DNA from: Chara braunii | Taxonomy: Eukaryota > Plantae > Charophyceae | DNA length: 64,000 nt | Assembly (NCBI GenBank): GCA_003427395.1 | Contig: BFEA01000034.1 | Span: forward strand, 858,549 to 922,548 | Direction of reading: 5' to 3' | Part shown: positions 39,722-53,445 of the stretch, piece by piece | Layout: each line of letters begins with the position of its first letter | How positions within the stretch are numbered: the first letter of the stretch is position 1 | The notes under the pieces: generated by a model | Seen by the model: the letters and a program-made list of their open reading frames with translations, nothing else | Databases searched by the model: none | What the model was told of the DNA's origin: nothing | Program-made: the position numbers and the translations under genes

Positions 39722-41380
39722 TCAACTTCCTTCACTGGAACGATACTCTTGCAGCACCTCACGAACAGAAACTTCTTTCACCACTTTGCGACGATACTCG
39801 TGAAAAGTTCCGAATCGACTTTGTCTTTGCCGATTGTAATCAAGGTGAATTGAAGTGTCCACACATCTCCAAGTGTTCATGCTCGTATTTAACGACTCTG
39901 CTGCTTCCACAATATCTCGCACCCTGTGAGAACTGTCAAGATAGGACAAGTGTGCAAGTATCTTTTTGGGACCAATAAATTGAAAAGAGTCGTACAAAGC
40001 GATGTCAAAGTCGGAAGAACTTGGTTGTTCCAAGCGTCCTGACATGCAAATCGTTTGTTGATGGCGTATCAGCGGGCAGAACGGAACTCATGGGGGACGG
40101 AGTAGGTCGAGCGGCCGACTAAGCCGAAACAACAACAGAAGGAGTGACAATCGCGGTTGACATATTGGAGGGCGAAGCATAATCCGCAAGACGTTGAAAA
40201 TTTGGAGGAGACGCTGTTTGAAGGGGAACTCTAGGAATCGGAGCAGAATGAGGAGCGGAAGAAGCAACGATGGGAGGAATCTTTTTTAGAAGCTGCTCTA
40301 CACGTGCATATTTGTGAAAGGCTTGCGGAATGGTCCCTTCTGTCGGACAATGCAGCAAAGGAAACGTCATCCTAGCAATCTCCTCATTAAACAGATCGAT
40401 GAACTCATCATTCAAAAGCGATTGCAATATGGAAGAAGCCTCCAAATTCGAAACATTCAACAGGTCTGAAGGAAGAGGAGATCGTCGCTCCAACCGCATA
40501 TTAGTGACTTTGTTTCTTTTCCATTCCACGAAATTTTCCCATATTCGTCCATCTTTTACAACTGTGGCATTTTTGACAAACATCTCAAAAAGAACCTCAG
40601 TCAAGACATTTTGGATGCCAACCTTCTTCGCATCGTCAAACCATCTAGCAAGGTAAGCGCGAGAATTCGGAGTGCAAATTGCGGGTGCATCGTTATTATC
40701 AGGCACCACAACAACGCTGGGACGATTTTGTGTCCGCAAAGTGCCGCAAACATGTCTTTCACGTCCACTATGTTGAGATTGCGAAGACGAATCATTAACA
40801 CGTCCACGTCCAGCAAGCGGTGCACAAAACGCAAGAGATGCAAGTGCTCTTGCAATTTGAGTTGTCGTTTCATTAACAACAGGTTGTCGTGCCACCCGAT
40901 TATCAGCCAACGTAGCTTCGAGCATATCGGGCAAACTCATAACATTAATTTTGGCACCACATCTCTTTCTTCTCTTGAATGTAGAATGAACGCAGTCTTC
41001 TTTTGAATCACTCGTAACATCATCATCATCGTCAGCAGCAAATGTAAGCTTCACAGGCTTACCCGACCGAGCTCCACACGAACCATCCCCATCACCACAA
41101 CAATGATCACTATCCCCGTCCACAACCATTTTTTCAGCACCATCAAGGGTATTCACTCGCAAACATCCACGATCAACATCACTAACAGCACGATGATCAT
41201 CCTGAGCACATTCACTTCCAAGATTCACCGACCTTTCATCATTTTCACTTTTCTTGGATATCTTAGAACGCTGGGCTCCAACTTTTGATCCAACATTCGT
41301 ATCTTGTCCAGTGATATTGCTGGTTGCTATTGCTTTCCTCTTAGCACGAGTGTCATACTTATGCGAAATTCGGGAGTCGC
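39722..41380 (-). CDS. Helitron-internal second ORF(s) of unknown function (40119-41228, open upstream to ~41380; 39722-40045 in another frame)
   Basis: 369-aa ORF with a globular-looking core (YLARWFDDAKKVGIQNVLTEVLFEMF...), lying inside the Helitron boundaries. No family recognised. Confidence 0.5.
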
Positions 41381-41448
41381 CTGCAAAGAAATAATATGAC
41401 AGAAATTATTTTGGAACGTGACGAATCGACAGAAAAAAAAAACATGAC

Positions 41449-44400
41449 TCACCCTAAAAGTTCATGATATACAATATTATTCGTAAAAAAATTCTTATCA
41501 GGCAATGCAACACGGGTGTTGTTGGGATGCCCAACACGAGACAAAGCGACATACAGTTGGCCATGCGCAAAAACCGGTTTGCTTAGCCAAACCCCTGCAC
41601 GCCATACAGTTTGTCCTTGCGACTTGTTAATCGTGACAGCAAAAGCGAGACGGACAGGAAATTGCCTTCTAAACCATTTGAACCCCGTGGTCTCACCATC
41701 ACTTGTCAAATCAATCTTGGGGATCAATATTGTCTTACCCGTGTGCATTATGGTAACTTCCAACAAATCATCATTAACGATCTTTTTCAGAATCAGCCTT
41801 GTACCGTTGCAAAGTCCTTGCTTCGATGACAAATTTCGCAAAAGCATCACAGGTGGACCAATTTTCAAGCGCAACTTGTGAGGCAGAAGGCCAAATTCGT
41901 CGAGAGAGTTTAAGAACTTCTGCTTAACAATGAGTCCCGTATCATCCGAATCAGAAAAATCAATACTAAAAAGGTCACGCACCTCCCTGGGAAAGTCGTC
42001 AAAAACACGGTTGTTAACAGAACCGGCATCATCATTAGGGCATAAAATTAATCGAGGCAAGAAATAATCGGCATCCCCCACATGGTTGGACACATCATCA
42101 AACGTTCATGAAATCAACTCATCAATCAATTTATCCGTACAAATCTCACGTGGCAATCTTCCGCAGTAGGTTCATTAGGAACAACACGAGGATGGTCACA
42201 ATTCCCAATTCGCATAAAAAAGTGGGCATACATTTGTGTCATTTCATCATTCCCCAGGCTTAAGATTCGCATATTTTCAGTCATTGATGAACATCAAAAA
42301 GTTTTCACAAAGGGGACATTTTCATGGATGCATCAATTTGTTGCGCTCGCGATCCATGTTTCACAACAAGCAAAACCTGTCTAAAATCTCCAGCAAGAAG
42401 TAGAACTTTCCCACCAAACGGCTCGTTATTGTCACAAAGGTCCCGAAGCGTAATGTCAAGAGCTTCCAAGTGGAACTTGTTACTCATCGGAGCCTCGTCC
42501 CAAACAATCAAGTCCGCACGGCGGATAAGCTCTGCAAGATCACTTTGTTTCGGAATCAAAAAGAGACCCGTGTTATCAGGTTTCAAAGGTGCGCGAAACC
42601 GTAAGTGAAAAGTTCGACCCTCCGTCAAAAGAGTCGCCTCTATCCCACTGGACGCGACGGCCAATGCAATGCTAGAACGGGACCTAACGCCTGCCAAAAT
42701 TGTTTCAATGCAAAAAGTATTTCCTGTTCCAGCAGGTGCAACCACAAAAGCACGCAACGGTCTTTTCTCTTGCGCAACCCGAACGACTCTTTCTACCAAA
42801 ACTCGTTGACGTGGACGAAGACGTCGAAAATTAGAGTCATATCTGCGTTGCTTTTCAATCGGATTATACGACAACTCGTCATTTAGAATCGACCACACCG
42901 TTCTTCTCTTGTAATGTCTGGTTATGTTCTCAGCAATTGTTTCCCCATCCAGCATCGGATAATGAAGGCAAAAGTGACAGATGCTTTTTCCAGACTCTTG
43001 CAAAATCCGATCAAGATGGAATAACACCGACGATTGCAAAATGTTCGGTTGAACGATTTCACAGCCGTGGCGATACTGAAAATCGTCAGACATCTTATCC
43101 CAATGTCGTTCGAAGAAACGAACCGGATCGTTCACTGGACCAAACGCGAGAAGCATAGCGAATATTTTACGAACTTCTTCAGGCATGTAATGTGCAGCGG
43201 CTGTGTCTATGCATTGATCGTATGCATCATCCGTTTGCAAAAGGCTCAATCGAAGACACACGGATCGGAAAGAATCGTATTCCACTCCGTCCACTGTACG
43301 AATTTCAGCAAAAGAGCGTACCCCACGAGAATGTTCATGGTTCAACAACATGCGCAGATAAAATCGTTCGCCTTCCACGATCCTCACATGATGCAACCGA
43401 TATATATTTTCGAAGGGACCACCGTGAAGATCACGCTTTTTTCGGTTCCACTTCTTATTTTTGTTATCCCACACATGAGTATTAATGATCTTTGCGTATA
43501 GAGGAAGTTCGTCTTTAGGAACATGCTCATTCAAAAAGTTGTGTTTCATCCATGCCGTCAATTTCGTTTTCGGAGGCCCTTGCGAAACAACGTCATCCTC
43601 TGTGTCAGGTTCGAATTGCACTTTTTGCATGTTTTCAAGATGCACGGGCAATCTTTCGACCGCAGGTCATTGTTCCGCAACGTCGAACGTAAACAGACGC
43701 CAGCATGCTTCGCATGCACCTACAACACACATATCTTGGTACAATTTGACCTCGTCGATCGGTGCATTATTATCTTGCTCACAAACCACAACACAATCAC
43801 ACCCTTTGTACATGTACTTATACACGTACTTGCAGGCCTTCACATTAGCACAATATTGAACATTTATGTGGCAATTAAACCTCATTAGCAAGTACGGGTT
43901 ATAAGGAACTACACACCGATTGTCGTAAACGATTCCATTTTGAACAATCGTAAAACCACCGTCACTTGGTTTCCTTCTCCTATACAAAGGGTACGTTTGT
44001 TCTTCTTTGAATGTTGTTGTTGAAATGAAGTCTTTCAGAAACCCTTTTGTGCATTCTCCATCCTCCATACGCGAAGCGTCGCGTTTCTCCGCTCCGCAAA
44101 TCCCGTGCAACATGAACTTCGCCACCCTTTCTCTCAATTCCCCTTCCGGAAGAATCTCCGCACACACCACATTGTCAACAGCATCAGCATCCCGAATTTT
44201 ATCATTCAGATGCAGGACAACCAATATATGTGCGTGTGGTAAACCTTTTTTTTGAAACTCCATCACATATAACATTGCACTCACGCTACGAAAGATCCGT
44301 TTATTCTTTATCTCATCAACCAATTGTACAAGATAACCTTTGAACACTCGCGCTAGAAGATCCGGCCTGTAATTAGAACATTGACCTGGCAACAGAGCTT

Positions 44401-46275
44401 GTTTAATCTCCGGCCAGTTAGTGTTGCACGTCATAGTGATAAAAAGATCCGGTTTTCCGAATCGCCTCACAATCGCCATGCTGTCGTGATATCTTTCACT
44501 AATATATCGGGGTTCCCCAGTGAATGTTGACGGCAAAACCACTTTTATCCCAACACTATCACCACGTCGATTTTGTTGCACGGCGTCTCTTAAATCCTGA
44601 TAATACTCCGAGCGCAATTCTTTCTGGTGGAATCTCGCCCATTTTAAGCGGAGGGATTCAACTTTACCGTATGCCATGCAACAAAAGTCGTGGAAGAGAC
44701 GTGCTGCATAAAGGAGGCAAGGTCTTTCACCATCGCGCTCGTGAAGGTGAAAAGCATAGTACTCCTTTGCACTAAGTCCTGACGACCATCCAGCTTTCGA
44801 GGCACGTCAAACAGACCAACTATCAATTCCCTCCGGGAAAAGTAAAATAAACCTTAAGCAGTCGTGCGCTCGAGAACATTCCGGAACCACAACCGTCTGC
44901 CGCTCATCCGGAATAGGAGCACGCAACCGAATCTCGAGCTCACGAGGAAGAAGTTCATCAGCCATCAGAACACACACCTCATGCAAACCCATAGGACGGT
45001 TATAACGCCTTGGATGTTCCCCATCCGGCACGGTATCCGGATTTATGACCAACTTCTTCCCGTTCAATGCTTCAGGCGGAAGGTTAGCAACTGTCATAAA
45101 GTCCTTCACGTAATTGTTACATCGTTGTAGCAATTCGTGAAACCTTCTTAAGATGCGTTTCGTTCGATCAAGTTCGGCATCCGATGTACCTGCAGGTAAG
45201 TTAAGGAAGTCTACCCTTTGATCAATCGCATCGTCTAAACGTTGAGGATTGTGAAAGTACAACTGTGCAAACTGAGACGTTCCCCTTCCCCTACAGCCAA
45301 TGCACTGACCCGATGAAAGATTGGACCTTGAGCCCGAAGTTGGCCTTGGAATCCTTGAACACCATCGCTCGGTTGCTTCAGTCGCGACGATGCGAGGGCC
45401 AAACTATTATTAATTACCCTCGCATTGTTTCGAAGGAATCGACCGTCCGAAGATTGAGACGTCCAAAGGGAAAGAATCTCATGCTCTAGGGAGCCTTCGC
45501 AAGGTCATTCCCATAAAGGACAATGTTTCGCACCTTTTCTGCAACAGATCTTTGTCCATTTTTTTTCATGACGCCACAATTTAGCACCACAATAGGTACA
45601 CGAATCTTGACTGCCAGGGTCGAACATCTGAACAGTGTTAGCATTCCCAAGAATTGCTACCGTGCTCTCAACCGCAGCATATATTGTCGCCACAGGTGCT
45701 GATGGGAGTGCATTAAGATGAGGACCCTGAATATCACACGAATTGTTCATTTCTTCTTCGTGACTATCCGGCTCATTATCTTCGCAATTGTTCACTGAAT
45801 TTCGATTTCTTATGGACGGATTCTGTGATTGCCTCGCTCGAGATGATAGACTTCGCGACTGCCTTGCCCGGGAAGAACAACTCCGCGATTCTCTCGTAGG
45901 AGAAGATGCTCTCCTCGAATGCGCAGAGGTGTTCGCTCGAATTTCTCGAATGATATTCACAGCAAGCAAACTTCGCCGCACACCCCGTACAAAAGTTGTA
46001 TGAGCACGCACATCTTCTTTCCTCCTATGATTCTTAAGCGCAACTCTCAATGCACGCATACGTTTAACATGAAAGTTCGGTTGTCTACCCTGACTTTTCC
46101 TTCGTTTTGAAATTAAACGCGACGTAGAACACGGTTCATTCACGTTCAATCCATCGACTTGTTGTATTCCTTCACCAACCTCTACCGTACTTTCACCAAC
46201 TATTGCACTTGCATCATAGCCTGACGACACATGATGACGCATCAACGACAATGATCCAAGTTCCAAACGACGCAC
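41449..46275 (-). pseudogene. Helitron RepHel protein (HUH Rep plus Pif1-family SF1 helicase), broken by stops and frameshifts
   Basis: N-terminal CTYCGAKLW...CCRKG. Rep motifs FITMTCN..WPEI, EFQKKGLPHAHILV and YVYKYMYKG. Helicase motifs APAGTGNTF (Walker A K to N), IVWDEAPM, GDFRQVL, QFPVRLAFAVTINKSQGQT and FAHGQLYVALSRV. Confidence 0.95.
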
Positions 46276-47009
46276 GACCTTATTCGCACGGAGCCGTCAA
46301 ATCAATAACATACGCTACCGTCGGTTGCGCCTCGAACGAATCGCTTTCCGCAATAATAATCTTCTTCGTCGATTATGAAATCCAAGAAACTTTCTAATGA
46401 ACGTGTTCGGCGAATTCGGCGGGGTCGTAGCAACAGAAGGTGCATTTGCATGAACATCCCTCAAAGGAGGACAAACATTACTCTCCACAAATGCTTGCGG
46501 GACAGCGACAGTAAATGTGGACGATGAACAATTATGAACATGTGCAGAGTGCGAGGGAAAAGTATCCAATAAAATTGATCTTTCAGCAATCGAAACGGAA
46601 TCTGCATTTATTGCAACATTCGTACGAATTCCAAGTGGACATTCACTTTGCAAGGTCATAGAGAGATTTACAGGACAACCAATGCGATTCGTACTAATAT
46701 TATTATCACGTTGACTCATTCTGTTGAAAAACACGGGGCTCGTGAAATCATTCATGGACGGGATTGATTGTCGAAAAGATAGAGACCTATTGCTACGTTG
46801 TTCTTCATCAGAACAGTCAATACTATAATTTTGACTTACCACCGGTTGTTTATCTCCCTTGCGAGCAGTCGTCTCACCTACGGCACCTACGACACCTACG
46901 ACCTGTAATAAAGACCTTCGGGTTCGACGACTTTGGGAAGGTGATCGTCCACGTTTGCGATGTTCGTGTTGTGATGGCATCGCCGTGTCACTCGTAGAGC
47001 GACAGGGAG

Positions 47010-47263
47010 TATAGGTAGCGGCAACCATAGCTGCCATAGCTTAGTATATGGTGCAGTGTGTGTGTACTGTGTGAGTGTTCAGAGTGATGTGCGTGGGACA
47101 TCCAGGGTGATCCAGAGTGTGAACAGTGAGTTGTTTGGGCGCACAGCCACCATAGCCAATTGAAAGAGAACTCTTATCTGGTTGCGACATCTCTGAGTAC
47201 TGTGTGGGCGCATGTCGCCAGTTTGTCTACTGCTGTTCACGTGTGAATAAGTCGAGTCTGATT

Positions 47264-47303
<40 letters not shown>

Positions 47304-47480
47304 ATATGCAAAGAACATGACTGCGGACGAAGCTCAGAATTCCAAACCGCAAAATCACACTGAAGTACGAGCATTCAAAGCATGAGCAGATAGCACAATG
47401 GAACCGAGTAACCATCCATTTGAGAATGATACCGCAGGATCGTAAGTCAATGTCAAAGCCCAATCGGGCAACTCCAACAG
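47010..47480 (+). repeat. Direct copy of ~36555-37010 (junction of two LTR-like units with the AAT tract between them)
   Basis: ggtagcggcaaccatagct.ccatagcttagtata...gagtctgattg.aataat...tgcaaagaacatgactgcgg...atcgggcaactccaaca is near-identical at both sites. Confidence 0.9.
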
Positions 47481-48597
47481 CATATCAAAGTCAGTTTTGG
47501 ACACGGTGCATGTCGGGCATACGCCAAACTTCACAGTCGCAAGCGCACATCGTTCTGGGTAGTCCTGTATATAGTTGAGGAGGAAAGGGTGGACAGTTAT
47601 GTCCCTGAATCTCGTTGTCGGTATCATTATTCCGTCATGAGATGCCTCCTTCGCAGACTGCAACACCACTGTAAGGGCCTTGTGCAAAATGACGGCCTTT
47701 CACTTTCTGAATGCGGTGGACTATTGACCCCATCCTTTGTCACGTGGACGATGATGAAGCATAGGAAGATAGGCCAGCAGTATGGCTTCGGATGCGTGGT
47801 CGGATAGGGACATCATCAGAGGGTACGCCGTTTGTTTTTGACGACCGTCCGTGTATGTCTTGTCAGAATAGAGCGACAGAGGGATAACATAACGTGGATT
47901 TTCATTCCCGTCCATACCTCTGTCTGCTCGAATGATCGACTGGATGTGATAACTTAGTGCCCCGCTGCGCGGGCTAAACATACTGAGGTCCTCTGACCGC
48001 GGGGACACCTCTAGAGAAGACACCGTCTCGAAATTTCTGTAATGCGATATTAAAAATCGACAGAAATGTGGCTCGCCAATCGCGGTGTCACAAGATGGCA
48101 TGCGCATCTCGTGGCCAGTCGTCGCCACGCAGATCTGACTCCTTCCATCCCGCAGCCTCTGCTAGACTGCCTGCCCATGTCAAACACTCTCGACTATTAC
48201 GGTATGCAATATCTGTCGTGCTGAATCTCGGGTCTTTGAGAAGTGACAAGAGAGCATCTATGTCACTCTGCGACATACCGACGCCAACCCTGGCATAGAA
48301 AATCAATGCCGCAAGCTTGCGAGAGCTGTCAAAAGACTCGGCAGGCGGTGGTTGCTGCTCTGCGAATGACCTGCCCTCCCCGTCTGCGTTCTCGGGGGCT
48401 CCAATGTCCTCGCTCTCATCGCTCACGAGATTCACTGCACCTATGTTTGATGACCCGCAGGCGTCAGCAACGTCCATCTCCTGCCCTTGTGCTCTTTCGT
48501 CCACCACAGCCGGGCATGCCCTCGCACGATGTGAATTCAAAGTTCGTAAGGACATGAAAGGCCTGCCACAGTCGCATACCCGTGGACCGCTGTCCAT
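47480..48597 (-). pseudogene. Plavaka-type (CACTA/EnSpm-related) transposase, N-terminal half, truncated
   Basis: C2H2-like CDCGRPFMSLRTLNSHRARAC, VIPLSLYSDKT...AYPLMMSL...AILLAYLP, LHKALTVVLQSAKEASHDG and HPFLLNYIQDYPERCALATVKFGVCPTC. Two in-frame stops near 47700-47723 and a frame break near 48100. Confidence 0.8.
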
Positions 48598-49168
48598 TTT
48601 CTGTGCATGCAGTCCATTCCAAAGACAAACAGAACGGTGCGGACAGTGCTTTGATTAGCATTTTTTACATTGGTTGAGGTCGTTCGAATTATAAGTTGCA
48701 CAACATATTTTGTTATATTCTGTAAGTGTTGCCCTTCCTCTTCTGTGTGTGAGAGAGAGAACGATGGAGTCTTGAATGTCGTTTTGGGAACTGACTGTCT
48801 TTGTCACTGGTCTCGATTGACAAAGATTAGCAGTCAGACGTGTGACACGATAATGTATATGCCACGACAGGTTCCATGATCCTGTTGGAAAAGGCAACGA
48901 CTTGCACAAGTTACACGATATGTGACATGACATTCATCACCAAGTTTGTGCGGCTGGTTAAGTTTGCAACTATCCATCCATAACGTTTGTGAATGTGGTA
49001 TGTGTTTTCTGCGTCTGCATCAAAATTATTGCACACCGGCACCTTAGCCGACCTCCGCATCCATTGCCAAAACATTTCACAACCTGCAAAATTTGAATTG
49101 ACATCACAAAGAAAGCAAAAAAAAATAAATAATAAAAAACACAACATACACACATTGGTCATCATAGG

Positions 49169-50218
49169 CAGGGTTGTCGAGCCCCGGCCTCGGGGCCCCG
49201 GCGGGGGTCCGGGGGTCCGGGGGTGGGCACCCCCAACCCCGGCTCNNNNNNNNNNNNNNNNNNNNNNNNNNNNNNNNNNNNNNNNNNNNNNNNNNNNNNN
49301 NNNNNNNNNNNNNNNNNNNNNNNNNNNNNNNNNNNNNNNNNNNNNNNNNNNNNNNNNNNNNNNNNNNNNNNNNNNNNNNNNNNNNNNNNNNNNNNNNNNN
49401 NNNNNNNNNNNNNNNNNNNNNNNNNNNNNNNNNNNNNNNNNNNNNNNNNNNNNNNNNNNNNNNNNNNNNNNNNNNNNNNNNNNNNNNNNNNNNNNNNNNN
49501 NNNNNNNNNNNNNNNNNNNNNNNNNNNNNNNNNNNNNNNNNNNNNNNNNNNNNNNNNNNNNNNNNNNNNNNNNNNNNNNNNNNNNNNNNNNNNNNNNNNN
49601 NNNNNNNNNNNNNNNNNNNNNNNNNNNNNNNNNNNNNNNNNNNNNNNNNNNNNNNNNNNNNNNNNNNNNNNNNNNNNNNNNNNNNNNNNNNNNNNNNNNN
49701 NNNNNNNNNNNNNNNNNNNNNNNNNNNNNNNNNNNNNNNNNNNNNNNNNNNNNNNNNNNNNNNNNNNNNNNNNNNNNNNNNNNNNNNNNNNNNNNNNNNN
49801 NNNNNNNNNNNNNNNNNNNNNNNNNNNNNNNNNNNNNNNNNNNNNNNNNNNNNNNNNNNNNNNNNNNNNNNNNNNNNNNNNNNNNNNNNNNNNNNNNNNN
49901 NNNNNNNNNNNNNNNNNNNNNNNNNNNNNNNNNNNNNNNNNNNNNNNNNNNNNNNNNNNNNNNNNNNNNNNNNNNNNNNNNNNNNNNNNNNNNNNNNNNN
50001 NNNNNNNNNNNNNNNNNNNNNNNNNNNNNNNNNNNNNNNNNNNNNNNNNNNNNNNNNNNNNNNNNNNNNNNNNNNNNNNNNNNNNNNNNNNNNNNNNNNN
50101 NNNNNNNNNNNNNNNNNNNNNNNNNNNNNNNNNNNNNNNNNNNNNNNNNNNNNNNNNNNNNNNNNNNNGAAACCCGTACCCCGGCTTGGGCCCCGGGGAT
50201 CCCCGCGTGACAACCCTG
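49169..50218. mobile_element. hAT-superfamily element (interior unsequenced) with TIRs and an 8-bp TSD
   Basis: TIR CAGGGTTGTC...GACAACCCTG. Perfect TSD ATCATAGG at 49161-49168 and 50219-50226. GC-rich CCCCGG subterminal repeats. Confidence 0.92.
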
Positions 50219-50425
50219 ATCATAGGGGGTGTGATGTATCTCACGTGCTACAGAAGGCAACAAATTGTGACATATATTGTAACAATCGTCAAATGATTGA
50301 AATAAAGTTGCACCCAATGTCTTGACGCTGTTATGAACCGCATGTACTTGGAGAGGCAAACAACAGGCAGCATGACACAAAACCTGTAGACGGATGTACA
50401 TGTTCTACTATAGCTACAACCAGAC

Positions 50426-50495
<70 letters not shown>

Positions 50496-50627
50496 TTCAC
50501 TAGTGCGGGCCAGAACGACAACAAACAACACCGGTGGATACTTATATGGCACACAGTAGTGAACCCGACCGTGGTTGAGGGATGTACAAGTTGAGGGTTG
50601 TTTGTACAACTACTCCATTGCTATATG

Positions 50628-52169
50628 CTATGCATGTCTATCATCAGGTTGACTGCGAACTATGGCGTCTCCTGTTGAGAGATGTCGTGGCTGAGCACCA
50701 ACTATGGCGTCTCCTGTTGACAAGCCGGGGTTCAATGTCTCTCCGCAAGCTGTCGCCATTACGCCGTGTATGAGGCAACTGAGGTTGATTCCCCACGCCA
50801 GTAACGTTGCTAGCACAGCCTCTCTGTTCACCAGAACAAACCATCCATTGCCAATACGTGACCACTTTTTCCCCTTGTTGCATGCTTGCATTATAGTGGT
50901 GACTGCGGCATAATGTAGAGCACCGTCAGGTGTTGCCCCTTTCATCACAACACGCAACACATTGTGCGGATCGGGGAAAGCACGTGCCAACCTCAGAACT
51001 GCATGTGTCCAACCTTTTGACATCTGTCCACTCGCCCCCTTCAAATCATAGTAAACATCATCTTCCTCATCTGCCTCGTCGCTGCTGACATCGCTGGCGC
51101 CCACCTCCACGTCAGAAGACGATGCCTCCTCATCCTCTTCTTCATCTTCTTCTATATCTTCATTGTCTGTGTATATTGCAAAACAACTTGCCAAATCGGC
51201 GTCTTCGAATCCAACATCACACTGATCTCTTTCCATAATGTTAGCATTGAAGATATCCGCAAGCAGTACCTCCTCTGTGTCTGCTATCTGCATGGGAGGC
51301 ACATCGACTGCCATACTGCTTATTGATTTTCCTGCTGCTGATGTTTCACCGTTGTCTGAAATGATTGCTAAACTTGTTTCCCTAGCGATCAACTTTCACC
51401 CTTCTTCTCGTTCTCTTTGTCTCTCAACATCGCAACTTGCATGACTGAGCCGGTCCAAAACGCGTGACAATAAGTCCCCCCACAACGAACTGCTGGATAT
51501 GAAGTCGTCTTCTCCTCTCGCTGGCACAAATTCGATCAGATCTTTACGCTGCAGTGCAAACTCTGTCACTTCGTGCAACGCCTCGTGGATGACGTTCCTG
51601 TCCTCATCACTCTTTTTCATGAAATCGCAGAGCTGATCCAGCAGAACATATTCCACACCATCTGCAACAATTACAGGAACATCTTGGAAGTCCTGTGGTG
51701 CTGTTTGTGTGATGTTCTTTATTCTGGACAACACCAAGATCTCTGCAGCACCAGTTTTCAACTCGTCCTTGGACCCATCAACAAGCATGTCGGAGTTCTT
51801 CGCCACAGTGCCCAGCAACTTTTTGAAATCTGCAGGTGCATACGTTCCCCCTTTTTTGTGCATTGTCATGTCCACGTCTCCATCTTCGCACGTCCCTTCG
51901 TTGCACATCCACTGAACCACTCCTTTTAGACTATAAGGACTGTGTTCCACTTCGTTGTCCACACGTATACATGGTGACTCTCTGAAGCGTTGCAAGAGCA
52001 TTCGTGCCTTGACACAGCCCTCGTCATTTGCCATGATTGTGGATCTCATATCCACACTGACTGCGAAGTAACTCGGCACCCTCTCCTTCAGCAAAGAGAA
52101 CTCGATGTCACCGTTGTAGTGGATGCCCTCCGCTGCATACTTCATTACCTCAGCAAGAGCCTTCTCCAC
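50628..52169 (-). pseudogene. ~510-codon reading frame of unknown function with an internal TGA
   Basis: ORFs 51396-52169 and 50628-51392 share a frame and are separated by one stop. Composition is protein-like with a central acidic tract. The frame continues a short way upstream past a TAG. Confidence 0.55.
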
Positions 52170-52253
52170 CTATGCTACCGACATCGACATGATGGTACAG
52201 TTTGTCTTTTGTCCTCTTCTCTCTGCCAGGCGAAACGCACAATGACGTCATCG

Positions 52254-52311
<58 letters not shown>

Positions 52312-52333
52312 ATTGGCGTGTGTGTGTGTGCCC

Positions 52334-52766
52334 AAGTTGGCTACTGCGTGTCATTCCAAGTCGCAACGGTGGTGATTCCTCAGATTCTGGCACGCAGTAG
52401 CCAACTTCATTGCTGCATGCCAGAATGTGTGTTTGTGTGTGTGTGTGTATGTGTCTGTGTGTGTATTAGTATACATGTGCATGTGTGTGTTCCTGTATCA
52501 GTGTATATGTGTATGGACCTGTGTGTGTGTGTATGTGTGTGTATGTGTGTGTGTGTGTGTGTGTGTATGTGTGTGTATTAGTGTACATGTGCATTGATGT
52601 GTGTGTGTGTGTGTATGGTCTGACCTATGTGTCTCCTTCACTATGCCCAAGTTGGCTACTGCGTGCCATTATCTGTCGCAACGGTCGTGATTCCTCAGAT
52701 TCTGGCACGCAGTAGCCAACTTCATTGCTACATGTCAGAATGTGTGTTTGCGTGTGTGTGTGCGTA

Positions 52767-52819
<53 letters not shown>

Positions 52820-52955
52820 NNNNNNNNNNNNNNNNNNNNNNNNNNNNNNNNNNNNNNNNNNNNNNNNNNNNNNNNNNNNNNNNNNNNNNNNNNNNNNNNN
52901 NNNNNNNNNNNNNNNNNNNNNNNNNNNNNNNNNNNNNNNNNNNNNNNNNNNNNNA

Positions 52956-53009
<54 letters not shown>

Positions 53010-53401
53010 CGTGCGTGCGTGTGTGTGCGTGTGTGTGTGCGTGCGTGTGTGTGTGTGTGTGTGTGTGGCAGACAGACAGACAGACATACACACAGACAGA
53101 CGTACAGAGAGACACGCACACACATACATATGGACAGACAGATAGACAGCATGGTTGACAGACAGACACACACACACACCGCACACAGACAGACAGACAA
53201 ACAAACAGACTGACAGACAGACAGACAGACAGACTAACAGACATACACACCCCGAGCCAGACAGACAGACAAACATAAAGACAGACAGACATACATACAG
53301 ACAAACAGACAGACGAAGTTGGCTACTGGGTGCCATTCCCCTCGGAGAGAGATGTCATTCGCAAGTTTTTGGCACGCAGTAGCCGAATTCAAGGTTGCAT
53401 G

Positions 53402-53445
<44 letters not shown>

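Larger units (their letters stand above)
39066..47009 (-). mobile_element. Helitron (rolling-circle transposon), decayed; 3' end defined, 5' end not found
   Basis: Rep and Pif1 helicase ORFs. The 3' end has a GCCCGC-ACC-GCGGGC hairpin followed by ...ACTTAGTTAG. The uninterrupted paralogous site near 29135 reads CACA|TTACT, an A|T target. Confidence 0.9.

Noticed and set aside
48911-50401. Long ORFs running through N gaps (also 3450-4361, 58253-59875, 60683-61437)
   Set aside because: They are artefacts of translating unsequenced bases.
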